Below are positions 1 through 12,423 of a stretch of 64,000 nucleotides of DNA, in pieces (position 1 is the stretch's first letter; the number at the start of each line of letters is the position of its first letter). The notes beneath the pieces are model-generated. The model did no database searches. It had not been told where the DNA came from and saw only the letters and a list, made by a program, of their open reading frames with translations. Source of the stretch: Raillietiella orientalis (taxonomy: Eukaryota). Both the position numbers and the translations under genes were made by a program. The stretch is from NCBI GenBank assembly GCA_036172245.1, contig JAYWIR010000032.1, positions 1,426,001 through 1,490,000 on the forward strand, given 5' to 3'.

Positions 1-47
1 TTAATGTATATCTATTATATATATATGGATACATATAATAAACTTAC

Positions 48-67
48 ATATATATATATATATATAT
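48..67. repeat. (TA)n microsatellite in AT-rich low-complexity sequence
   Basis: A run of TA dinucleotides is visible in the first two sequence lines. Confidence 0.9.
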
Positions 68-2559
68 TGAAGACTTATCCACATACATGTATGGATGCGT
101 ATGCTTACTTTATTAATAATATGTTCACAAATATTGGCAAATGTGTATGCTAAAATGAATTTGTTCATTAATAACATATGTGTAAACATGCATGTATTTC
201 TCTTTTTTAAGATCTTTCGAGGCTGCGGGCTTTTGCACCGCCACCTCGCGTCAGCACCGCCGTGGGTCCGCACTTCATGACCTGCGTCGTCCAGGGTTGC
301 CCTTCGCCCTGGCGAAATGTCGGGCCGCTTCCACGCCCGAATTCTTGACACGGAATGATGATGTTTGTAGCACAGTGCTTTGAGACGCTAAACTCTCCGT
401 TTCCTTTGAAACTGTAAGGTATTTAAATCGACAAATGTCTCGGTAAATTAAAAGATATCTGCACGTATGCATTCTTTTTACAAGGAAACGCATGAAAGTG
501 GGGGAAATGGAATTCAGATCACGAACGTCACGGAAAATTCTTCAAAAAAAATTCCTTAACGGGTATCCAATGCCCTGTTCTTTAATTTCCTGAAAATTTC
601 TCGGTTCTCTCAGCCTTTAAAACATGATGTTCTATTCAAATAGATGCTATTCTGCTTCATGTAGTTGCAATTTCGGGCATCCATTCTCACGAGATTGGAT
701 TTCTCCATTAGTCCAAAGCATTGCAATTGTTCATCTTGACCATGTTGTTAGTTGTCTTCATTTCTTTTTCTTTTTTCTATTTTAAATTCTTCCCTTCGTT
801 CTAACTATCTTTGTTTCAGACCTTTCCCAGGAAATACCCAGAATGATGAAGTCCTTGATGACACACATTCCAGTGACAAACTTTAGAAAAAAGAAATTCT
901 ATCTTTATTCTATTTCAGACCTTTTGGATTACATGACTAACTCCTGTTGAGTACCAGATTCATTAGTGGAGTGCTAGTAGCAAGAGATTTTGGATGGATA
1001 ACTAAATTATCAAAAAAAAATAAAACTACTGCAGCCCATATTCTACAAGAGTTTTCTGCTTATGGTCTTGCGTCTTCTCTGTTACTTCGAGATATTGACC
1101 GTGGAAACAGAAAAACAAAAATTCATGATGTTCTCCGTCACAATCCTGACTATTAAGAGTTGAACTTTCTATAATCTATTTTCGATGTGGAGGTTCTATG
1201 AAATAAGTGAAATCAAATCATATAGAAGTTTGGAATTTTCTCGAAATCATTATTATTTTCAAATCAAGAAATTTAAGGTACATCAAGGAAGACTGCAGTC
1301 CAAGCCTGAAATTAGAAATCATGATAGCTTTGATGATGATCTTAGGTTAAGTATAATAATGATAATCTATAATGACTTACTGATTTTTGAAACACGCTTT
1401 CATATTTTGAGAAGGGTATTCTTCAGCTAGCGTACTCTAATCGTAGCTCGCTGCGAGCTGCGTTGTTTTTTTCTATTTACGTTCCATTCTTTTGCTCAGT
1501 ACTGAAATACAGAATGCCCTTCATAAGTATGTGTTGCACATTTAAATGTAATATATATTCTTTGTTCGAATAAAAAAAAATCCCATATAACTGAGTAAGA
1601 AGTCCTCTATTTCCACGTCTTATATTTCGGTACCAGATAATTGTCAGAGAGTTTGTGCATACTTATTTATTCGTTTACCAATTTACCCTAAGATTTCTGA
1701 GGCAAGTGATTCGATACCTTTTAGACATTTGTTTGACACGTTTTGGATTTTTAGCAATGCATGCATAGTTCCCTTTATAGCATGCAGAGTTGGTGGCTCC
1801 TGATGCTGGAACATCCTGTGGTAGGGTCTCGAGATAATCCCATAAGTGTTAGATTTTCCACCTTAAGTGAATGCTTGAAAATTCGAATGCATTGAATTTG
1901 TTCACCAAGGTGCAGCTTGCAGGTCTTTTGCTTGAGGTTAGTTTTCTAAACACAGATATTTGGATGTTTTTGGATGCTTTCTTGAAATTTCAGTTTTACC
2001 TTTAGATTAACAGATAAACGTCAAAGTTTATCCTAACTATCAAATAGTTTTTGCATATCTTTAAATGTATTAACAATTGACTATGTCTAATATATTGAAT
2101 GTCCAATGTATTAACTACTTTTTTCTATGGACGGATTTCGATTCTTGTATTCGAAAGTTTCAAATAGAACTTCCAACAGCAAGGAAAGATGGATAGAGTT
2201 TCATAACCTTGAAAGCCATGTTCTCATGACATTTCGAAACGATTTAACTGTTGAATGTGGAGAAATTAACAAGCAAATGAATTGCTAAACACCAGACGTG
2301 TTTATGCATGGTGTTAAATATCAAGGATAAGCAAAGGATGGTCTTGAAAGGTTTCAAATGTTGGAATTTTGTACCTTAAAAAGTACTTTCAAACCGACGA
2401 ACATTGCAGAACATATCAATCCAAAAAAATGTATTCACCTCAACTGCTAACGACTTCCAGTCGATGCTGCAAATGAATGGACTTCGGAGAAGACTTTTTC
2501 GGCCTTATTCACATGCGAACCCGAAGTATTAAACTGCTCTTTGAACGTATGTTTTGCAG

Positions 2560-2611
2560 CATCCGCTACTTTGCCGCCAAAAACTTCTGTTTGTCGGCAA
2601 AGTAGCGGATG
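2560..2611. repeat. Near-perfect inverted repeat / hairpin
   Basis: CATCCGCTACTTTGCCG (2560-2576) is the exact reverse complement of 2595-2611. Inside it are one mismatch, CAAA/TTTG and an 8-nt loop. Confidence 0.9.
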
Positions 2612-2827
2612 GACAGCATAGCAAAAACCACCTGCGGTTGGCTACCCTGCTTTTTCCCTGGAGAGTACATTGTGGGAGATAATCCAAACAAACGGTGCAG
2701 CAGTGATGCTTGCGGAAGCTTCTTTGTGGTGCACGAAGAGAGGCCACTGAGAGCCGTATGTAAAGTAATTCCCAGCTGAGGTCGTTTAATTACATGTGCA
2801 ACATGTTGTCCATGTGAATCATAATGC

Positions 2828-5800
2828 ATGTTATATGGAGAAAATTACGCAAGCCTGAAGTACGTTTAAGATCCATGTGCTTGGGGAAAATGTTTTGCAT
2901 CTGATTGCTAATGCTTTCTTCAGTATGGAAAGAGTTTCGCATTGTAATTATCCACAAGACGCTGTCATACAGAATGTCAAAGATGTAATTAGCTTTAGTT
3001 CACAATATGGCAACGATGGTAGCATTTCATATACTGCTGCCAATATTATAGGTCCAGCAAGAATTTACCCGAAATATGGAGATTTCCCCCAAACATATGC
3101 ATTTGTAAGATAAAATTTCCGATTTTTAGAGTTAATTCCCTAATCGTCTTCGTAGAGAACTTACGGTGTCTGGTGGAAAATTTGCCCATCTGCCCGGGGT
3201 AATCATAAATCTTATCTGAGTGTGCAAAATAAAGTGTACCCTGATGATTATGTAGGTAAAGAGCCTTTAAGCCTATTTAAACCGACTGTGTTTACGTTTT
3301 TTTAACTTTGAAAATGTTATCATTTGACCTTTATGCCGGTTGAGTACACAAGAATGATGAGCGCATGGAGGATCAGATGAAGAGTCATGTAAATTCCTAA
3401 ATCACTGCATTTTGCATTAGGCAACGGATACAGATTTCTTATTAGGAAAGATTGCATGCACACAAATGAGCATCAATTTTCATTTGAAACTCCGTATTGT
3501 TTCATAATTCCTTGAAAACGCTACTTGAAGTTTTTGATAGAAACTTTAGCAAAGTAGAAGCAAATGCAGAACTCATAGAATGAATAAATATTTTCAACAA
3601 ACTCTCAACTACAGAAGGTAGTGAATAGATGTTATGGTTTATTCCATTCTCAATGAACATCAAATACTTGTGATTATAAACAATGCAGGTTTGCCTTTAA
3701 AACATGAAAATTTTTCATAATGAATGCTTGGATGAGTTTTCATTATCATATGAGTAGTCAGAATTCAGAATCATCCAGAATGGCCACCCCCACAGCTTGT
3801 AGAACAAAAAAGTCAAAATTTTCAAATAAAATGAGAGGGAATACACCTTCAGAGTATGAGATGCTATAAATCATTTTATTTAATTTTGAATTGAATTTCG
3901 AGTTACTATTCTAGCAAGCTGTTGAATTACATCCACATTCTAAACTTAAGGATTTATAGCTGCTTTCATGAGTAGATGTTTTAAACTTCAGTTTACAGAA
4001 CAGATCTCTTTCAAATTTTTCTTTGCAAAATCAGATTGCCATGGGTTTACATAGTCAACTGATCTTAATCCCACATTAGTACTGTGATAATGTAGAATCA
4101 TCCATCTCCAAACAATGTGTTACAACAAAGTATCTTGTATATAACATGCTGTACTACAGAAATATTTTAGTTTAGAAATAAGTCTCCACTGAATCTAGGA
4201 ACATAAATATCATTTCATATTTTAATTACAGAAATGCTGAAAGTTGCAAACTAAATGCATTCAAAAAACCCATTCGTTTGTCGTAAAATTGCCCCCCAGC
4301 CCCTCAAGGCCTTTGCATTTTGCTTACAAAGACCAACACAATCTATTTGATTCATTTATCTAATCCTAGTTTATTTTGCGACCCCACTTTCAAATATTGT
4401 ACGCCATGCTCGATCCTTGGGGTTTGGAGACATGCACTTCCGCATCTAGCATACTTGTGTGATTAGTGACCAGCATGTTGGTTTGCAGTATTTGATAGGA
4501 TGGGAGTTGCAACATGGTAAACAACTTTAAAAGTTGGAAAAGTTTTAAAACTGTGACATGATGATTCGACCTGACAAATTCGATTGTTTCAACAAGTACC
4601 AAATTTAGAACTTGGTGATGAATTTGCTGCACAAATTATGAATGGGTTGGTTTCGATTAAAGTAACATGTGCATCTTTGAAACAAGTTTTTGCTTTTTTG
4701 AAAGAATTGTGTTGAAAACAAATGAGGAATTCAGCATATTGTAAATTCAGTTGTATTGTTTGACAGATCTGGAGTTTGAGGTTCCTGTTTTACCTATAGC
4801 ATTACATGTTTATGAAACATTTGGTCCTGGGTCTATTGTTGAAGCATGGGGCTATGTTGATGGTCTTGGGTGGCGAATGCTGTGGCAAGGACTTCCAGAG
4901 TATCCAGGCTCGTTTTGTCGACAATCCATCCTGAGTATCTATAATTTCAAATTCCCTACCAAGTGGGAATTATTTACAACAATCAACAGTAGCTAAAGTT
5001 ACTCTTTTGTAGGTTGGTGAGGCTTTTATTCAGTCATAACCATTTGAATAATTATACTGAACTGGATGCAGTTGCTTTGATTGGAAAGCTTAGCAACCAT
5101 AAATGGTCACTTGTAGACCATGTGAAACATTTCAAAATTTTGGCAAGCCAAGACTGCATTCAGCAAAATCTTCATGATTTGTTGCAAACAACATCGATTG
5201 AATCATGTAAAGAATCTCCCAATGAAGTCATTAATGGATATTTTAATGTTCTTCCGGTAATACAGCAAGAAATACCAACTCTTACTTCATTAATCATTTC
5301 AGAAAGAAATCCTTCAACAGATTTGTGCGTTTTTGGACTTAGTATCTCTAAGTCAGGTGGCTGCAGTATGCCAAATGTTTTATGAAGTTTCATGTGATCC
5401 TTTACTTTACACTCACGTGGATCTCAAGCCATTCTGGCCTAATGCTAACAATTCTTTGTTACAGATGCTAGAAAAGAGATGCAGTCAGTTACAGTTGCTT
5501 GATTTATCATGGTGTGGCAATTATAAGTGCATTAGCATGTCAGCTGTGATCAAGTAAGTTTAATCAATGAGAATAGCATTTAGGGATTGCAGTCTTTTGC
5601 AAAAATGTTCCCATACTCTTTGCACTCTGTATTTGGACAACTGCAGTTTTCTCGATAAAGATGGTTTGAAAGCAATAACCAATAAATGCCATAATCTGTG
5701 TGGTAAGTAGAAGTGCAAGTCAGTTTCAGATTTATTTCTTATCAGAGCTAACTTTGAGAAACTGTACCATTGAACAGACCACTGCTTTCATTGCACTAAA

Positions 5801-6535
5801 AGAACTCACACAATTAACAAGGCTAGATTTATACCATACTCACATTACAAAAGATGCTCTTGTGGCAGTGCTTCCCTGTCTCAAGCAATTACAGCATCTT
5901 AATTTGGGTAAATAAGAGCTATACATCGCAACATGTTAGAAACGCAATCAGAATGTTAGGTTCCTGCATGAATGTATTCCCTATGGATGCTGTGATCATT
6001 TGTTTAGCAAACTCTGTTCCCAAACTTATCTCCTTGGATATCTGGAAAAATCGGGGATTCAGCGCAAGTGGATTGCAAGCTCTTGAAAACTGTAAGAAAC
6101 TACAAGAAATCGACATGGGATGGAGGTTAGTCATGCCAGGAACTTATTGTTAATTATTACAGTCACCAGTGTTCTGGATGTAGGAACATTTTCAACAACC
6201 TTAGAATCTTTTTTGAAGAACTGTGGTTCTCAAATGCAGAAACTGTTCCTTACAGCCATACGTATTTTGACAGATGCCGATGTATTAAACATAGCCACAT
6301 ACTGCCCTCATTTGAAACAACTTGATATGTTAGGCAGCCGAAGCATCACACCAAAAGCCTGTAACAAGTAAGTTTACATTTACATTTAATGTCACTGATG
6401 TACATAAGGCTTCTGGGAGAGTGTCCATCATTGCAGCTTTTGGATGTGAGCTATTGTACATTGATTTCCAGTGAGGATGTAATGAGGTGGCATTATGGTT
6501 ATCCTATGGTCCATATCAAACATTTAGGAGATTGA
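2828..6535 (+). CDS. FBXL4: F-box/LRR-repeat protein 4 (multi-exon)
   Basis: Spliced exons give FSSQYGNDGSISYTAANIIGPARIYPKYGDFPQTYAF|RTYGVWWKICPSA...DLEFEVPVLPIALHVYETFGPG...NYTELDAVALIG, which is the FBXL4 N-terminal domain. An F-box (LP|KEILQQICAFLDLVSLSQVAAVCQMFYEVSCDPLLY) and LRRs (LQLLDLSWC, LTRLDLYHT, LKQLDMLG) follow. GT-AG introns include 3105-3155, 3256-4766, 5554-5592, 5703-5745, 5908-5959, 6126-6169 and 6368-6408. TGA at 6533-6535. The start is ATG 2828 via intron 2860-2923, or alternatively ATG 2925. Confidence 0.93.
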
Positions 6536-7206
6536 AACTGACAAGAAACAGTTTTTGTACCCCCCTTAATGGGCATTCAAAAACTTGAAATGCAAGTAAT
6601 ATGTTACCTGCTTAGATTAATTTGATAAAAGTTCCCCATATGTGCTAGAAATGTGTGGTTTAAGAGCCTCTCTTACAAAATACAGTTTTATAGTAATCAT
6701 ACTGAAATATTACAATTTCATGGAGTAAAAACCAGCTTACTTATACTTACATATCACAGGTTTATGTGTCATCTCAGTGACAGATCTGTGTATAAGAGAT
6801 CAGGATATCAGCTGCAGGTATACTATTCTGGCTGCCCCAGAATCAGCATACCAGGTTCAAGAATGCTATCTTTTAAAACACGTGTGTAGAATAGATGCAG
6901 TTTGAAAAAGGGCTTCAGCATTATAGAAACACTAGTGCAGAACAATAGTAGCAACTGTGAAAAAAACATCTAGACACATTCTCATCCTACGTTAGGCTTC
7001 CATACTTCTTCCGATTCTCCAAAGTTTCTGCACAACTAGCTTTTAATCTTCAACCATTAATGGATTCAGAAATTAACATGTAATAAAGAAAATCAATGGA
7101 ATCTTAAGCATTCACGTTTCCACATGCGAATGCTTGACTGAATCTTTTAAATGAATGAAACCCATAATAATTATGAAATAACTTATAATTGACTCCTTGG
7201 AATGCA

Positions 7207-10200
7207 TCATGTTTTATGAAATACTTTCTTGCGTTTCTGCCTTTGAGAAAATGACAATGGCCATTCAGTTGCAGGACTTGGGGCAACATCTTGTTCTCTC
7301 CTCACATCTACTGACTTGTCACTTTGCAGTTTTGAGTTTTCCGTTGCACTGATGTTTTGGGCTGCAAAATTTTTTCTGGGACGCCCACGCCTGTTTGGCC
7401 AACCAGTCCTATTTAATTTGCGCTTTCGCCTATATTCTGCACCACAGACATCATCACTATTCACATCCTTGAATATGTTGCAGCACTGACACTTATTACT
7501 AGAAAACCACAACTGAAAAAGATCTTCACAATTCATGCACAGATCTGTATCTGTTTCAACTTTCTGATCATACAGATCTGATCGCATAGGAGATGCTAGT
7601 GGTAGTACTGGATCTTTGGTAAACTTTTCAATTAAAGTCTGAATAGTTTTCTGAGTATGAGAAAAATCCTCATCACAATTGCTAATCCCTGAATCACTGT
7701 GCTGGCGAGATCGCCTTATCTTGCGAGGAAACCACTCTGAAAGCATGGCCAAAGTGGATGCATGGCAGCGAGGAGACTTGCGTGGGATATCTTTGGATTT
7801 AACTGTTCTTGATTTTCTTGGCTTTGACAACTTTTCCTTTTGTAGATGCCTTTGCAATAAAGCATCCAATGGCATCTCGTAAGGCAAACAAAATGGTTTG
7901 CTTGTATCCACCAGGGGAAGATGATGCACTGGAATTTTTGGTATACGTAATGTGTTAAGCGATGATGGTGATTCAAAAGAAAAATGCAAACTATTAAGGT
8001 AGTCCGAATTCACTAAGCTGAGAGAGCTATCACGCTCTGTCTTAACACTGATGTCATTTTCTACAGAGGGACTAGGATCTTCTTCCATAGAATGGATATG
8101 TGTGAGTTCTTCATCTTGTACACTTTGTTGTGAGCACAGTTTTCCACCTTTGGCTTTCTTTAGCTGATCTGATACTGACATCGAAAGATCAATATCCTGA
8201 GTTATCTTTGGTGAACACTGCATGCCCAGCTGGTACACTACAAAGTCTTGGGATCGACGTAAATAACTTGTGGTTCTCAAACGGGATTTGGCAAGGTCTA
8301 ATTTAAAATATTTACGATTGTCCTCCAACAAAATTTGTGTGTGGGTGCGCTTACTGCGTCGACCTGCAAATCGTTTATGATGCTTGTGGATACGGGGAGT
8401 TGAGGCACTACTGGTTTTAAGAGATATTTTAGGGGAAGTAATGGGTGGTTTCAACAATGCATCTTTTATCTCTACTTCCTTGATGTGGTTTCCATTGAGA
8501 TCACTACTACAAGACAATGTCTTCCTGGTGCACCTACTCAGCACAGGAGCCAAATTAGTTTGTGCATCCTCTTCAGTATGCAAAGAAGATTGCTTTGCCT
8601 TTTCCTCTTCCTGAGAATTATCGATGTTTTCCTTTTCTTCAGCACAGGGCCCACAATGGCGCAGGTGCTGATCTTTGGACCTCAACTTAGATCCCAAGAT
8701 CTGAACCTGATAATACGACTCGTTTTCTTCCAAAAACTTGTGATTAGCTGAACGTCTGCGTCGCAGATACATCTCACATGCATGCTTTTTATCTGGAACA
8801 GAAGATGTGGCTTTCTCCAAGAAAGAAGTAGACCGTTTGTTCCTAGTTGGGCTTTTCAAAGAGGGACTACTATTCAGCTTCCTCTTACTGGAACGGGTCA
8901 TTCTAAGACCATTGGCCACAAAGTGAGTAAAGTCCTTGTCTGGAGGGTTTTGCACAGAATTTGGTTCTTGACATAAAGGCAAAGCATCCATCACGGAACT
9001 CAAGGATAATCCATTTTGTATAGTGCAGTCTACCTGCTCAAAACTGGCACTATAGCGCTGATGGCTATCTGACACCAAATGCTGGCGCAAACTCCAATAG
9101 GCAACAGAACACAAGTCACAAAACCCTGATTTGCGAGAAGCACTTGAAACAGATTGCAAACGTGCTTTCTTCTTTAACATGCTGCACAAAACACACTTTG
9201 TATACTTTGCAATCATGCTAACCAACTAACCTTTGGCCCAATGCAACAGCATTTTTGTTTTTTGCATCAGGTTGCAATTTATGTTCAACAAAGAAGGAAT
9301 GCCCATCGAAACCATCAACATATACTTCTGGCCATTTTTTATACTCCTTTAACTGTGGAGAGTAAAAACTGCCAACAAAACAGCATCAAAATGCTGTTTT
9401 GTGTATAAGTGTTACTTACTCTTCCAAAACTTGAATTTTCACATATGGAATCTTGAGCTGGTGAATATTATTTGAAATATTGAAGGACTTGGTCTCTTCC
9501 CCCTTTAGATCATACTTTTCTAGAAGTTTCAATGTCTGTGAATATAATCTATCAGAAATTGCAGAACTAAAATAAAATGCTACCTTATTCAATGACCAGA
9601 CTGATACACCCCAATGCTTTGCCTTCTCTAAAATATCCCCTGTTCCATTAGAAAATTGTGCCAATTGTGATGTGGTTACAAAAGCATCATGTGAAACCTA
9701 TTGGAAAAAGCTGTAAAATGCACAGACCGTTTTACTTCTTACTATATTCTTAGCAGACAGGAAACTGGTAGTTTTATCAACTACTGAGCAATTGGAAAGT
9801 GATGATGAATCATTACTTCCAGACAAACTTGTAGAGCTTCTTTGCACTGTGGCAAATGGTCGATTTGATATTATACAATGAACTTCCTTACTGAAAAATT
9901 CCTCTATAATCTAGAATTACAGACATTTTATGTTATGATCGACATATTTGATCTTATTCACAAAGCATTTGAAAAGTTTCTCATAATCACTACTGCTACT
10001 ATGTTTCCTCACTTATATACATGAAATTGTACATTCACCCATTTACCCACAACATAATAACACAGGCTTTTAGGCCACATAAATTTGAGAACAAATTACA
10101 TGTTTTTATTGAAACACTTACATGATTTCCTAAAAGCAACATACTTTTAAAACCTAAGAATCAGCAACATTCCAAAAGAAACAACTACCTACAAAATTTG

Positions 10201-12423
10201 CATGGACAGAAAGTAAAAAGCAAAATGATACAAATTAATTTTGATATCTAAATGAAATGAAAAATTGTTTAAAAATTCCGAACAAAGGTAATTCAAATCT
10301 CTATCAGAATTTCTTGGGAAACACACAGAGAATCAATTAGATGGCTGTATACTCTTGAACTGTGTTTCTTAATAAATACCACAAATAATGATGCAAACTA
10401 TATGAGGCACATGCACATTTACAAATGAAACTGAAAGGCACATAAAACAATAAAAGGGGTAAACTCAACACTTCTGAATGATACAGACAATAAAAAAAAA
10501 TCCTAACTTGACCTTAGTGAGTGAACATGATCAGGCACATTAGCTAGCAAACTATGAAGCCTATTAATCTACACAGAATGAATACTCAAGTACATGATAT
10601 CCAAGGCATATAAGAGAAAGCACATTTTCTCTTTAGGTGATGTGAGAAAAAAATAAGGCAAGGTTCAGAAACAAAATTTTAAAATGAGATTTGTGAAATC
10701 AACATTTTATGAACTTTATTTTTAAACTTGGTGCGATGTAATTAATGGGCAAATAAATTTTCATTGCGGATTTATACTTCAAAAAAATCCATACCTTTGG
10801 TAAACATGTTCATTTTCCCAAATACTCATGCAAAAACGAAAGCAAACTCTGCATTGCTTGTTTGCAAGATTCACAGAACTCAAGGTTCGTTTATGAACAC
10901 AAACTGTAAGAAACAATGAATAGTTTTCCTAAACCGTCTTGAATTATAAACCAAGAACACAATCATACATGAAGATAATAAAATCAAACAACTAGATAAA
11001 AGAAATAAGGTATGAGAAGAGAGCAGGTCTAAATTCAAGTTGTGTTCTTGCACTATTCACTCTAAAAGCTTTCAGCATGTGCCTCCTGTCCAATTCAACT
11101 TGATGGCACATTGTTTCAGAGCTGCATGAAAACCTTCATGCAGCTCCGAAACAATACTGCAAGGCTGCAACATGGCTGGCAACAGCCACAAAAGCTGGTC
11201 GACTATATGTAAAATGTGATGCAAGTATTTGAATCATGAAACCCAGGACATGAACTTTATCAATACATAAGCTATATAATATTGAATATTCATCTACGTC
11301 ACTTTCACATAAATAGACTGAATTAATCACGGATGAAAGAATGCTAATCTTTAAGTCTGCAGCCCGCTCCAACAAAAAAGATACAAATCTTTTCAATATC
11401 CTTTAATAAATATGTAATCTTGACCGCGAACCATGCTGAGACAAAATAACTGTCAACTACAATACCTATTTCTGAGATGGGAATTCAAATCAGACGAAAA
11501 CCAAACAACGCGGACCGGAGGAATCGGCAAAAGCATAGGAAGAAACACACAAACAAGAATATGGAAAAACTTCCGCTGGTTTCATTTAAAGACTTCCTGC
11601 AATTCTTAAATAGGCTTCACAGTTCCCAGATTCATCTTCCGAAGCTACCGACTAAGACATGCAGAGAAATTGCCACACTTTGAAACCAAGTACCCAAAAC
11701 ACGAAATCAGGATTGCTTGTTAGGAACGTGCTTAAAAACTACAAAGGAGTGACAACATGTGAAAAAATTATTCCCTTAAGGCTTACATTGTACAGGATAG
11801 ACAGCAATTTGTTACAAAGTATGCAAGAACAACTGCATGCATGGTTACTTCTAAATGAAAACAAAAGCGAGCCTTTTTACCAGGCAACACCACTGCCAAA
11901 ATAAACACACGATTAAAAATTTTCACTACGCTTCGTGTCCAGCACCAAAACACGAATTTCCCCACACAAAAAATCACGGCAATCTTTAAGAACTTTAGCT
12001 GATTTGGTGATTTTGGGGATGAAAACACAAAACCAACGTTTATTGATCCCAAGCACGGCGTTTGACGCGGGGGGAGGAGGAGGAGAGGGGGGGAGAACAC
12101 ATCAGCAGCAGCAGCAGCAGCAGCAGCAGCACTCGGAAAGGCAGGCACGACGCGTTCCACAATGTCGGCCCGAAGAGGGGCTCGACCCCGAACCTACGGG
12201 CTCCCCCCCCCCCCCCAAGGGATCGCGACACGAGCTTGTGACCGACCGACACAAACAACACCATTCGTGCTTCGGGGAGCCCCAAAGACCAACGGTGGCG
12301 CACTTACGGCACCAGCCAGCTCCAGTTTACGTGATAAGCTCCGGGTTGCATTGTATCCTTTCAAATCCAGAAAGAAAATTCGTCCGACAAATGGCGTGCG
12401 TCGTGGTTCCTCCACAGGGACTC
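7207..12423 (-). CDS. chif: DBF4/chiffon-like Cdc7 kinase regulatory subunit with long C-terminal extension; start codon unresolved
   Basis: Exon 12423-12308 (PFVGRIFFLDLKGYNATRSLSRKLELAGA) joins the exon from 9910 (IIEEFFSKEVHCIISNR) to form Dbf4 motif N. LKIPYVKIQVLE|DFYSPQLKEYKKWPEV is motif M. The terminal exon 9181-7207 begins with a zf-DBF motif C (SGFCDLCSVAYWSLRQHLVSDSHQRY) and carries an AT-hook (RRGRPRK) near its end. Confidence 0.9.
12103..12131 (+). repeat. (CAG)9 microsatellite in chiffon intron
   Basis: Directly visible CAG run. Confidence 0.9.

Noticed and set aside
1442..1472. Hairpin followed by a T-run, resembling a rho-independent terminator
   Set aside because: The DNA is eukaryotic, the stem is short with a minimal loop, and there is no supporting context.
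3354..3450. ATGATGA box C in an FBXL4 intron as a C/D snoRNA
   Set aside because: There is no suitably placed CTGA box D and no terminal stem.
6782..6803. Resemblance to the Tn5/Nextera mosaic end (TGTGTATAAGAGA core)
   Set aside because: Only 13 nt match exactly, with insertions on both sides and no adapter continuation. Likely chance.
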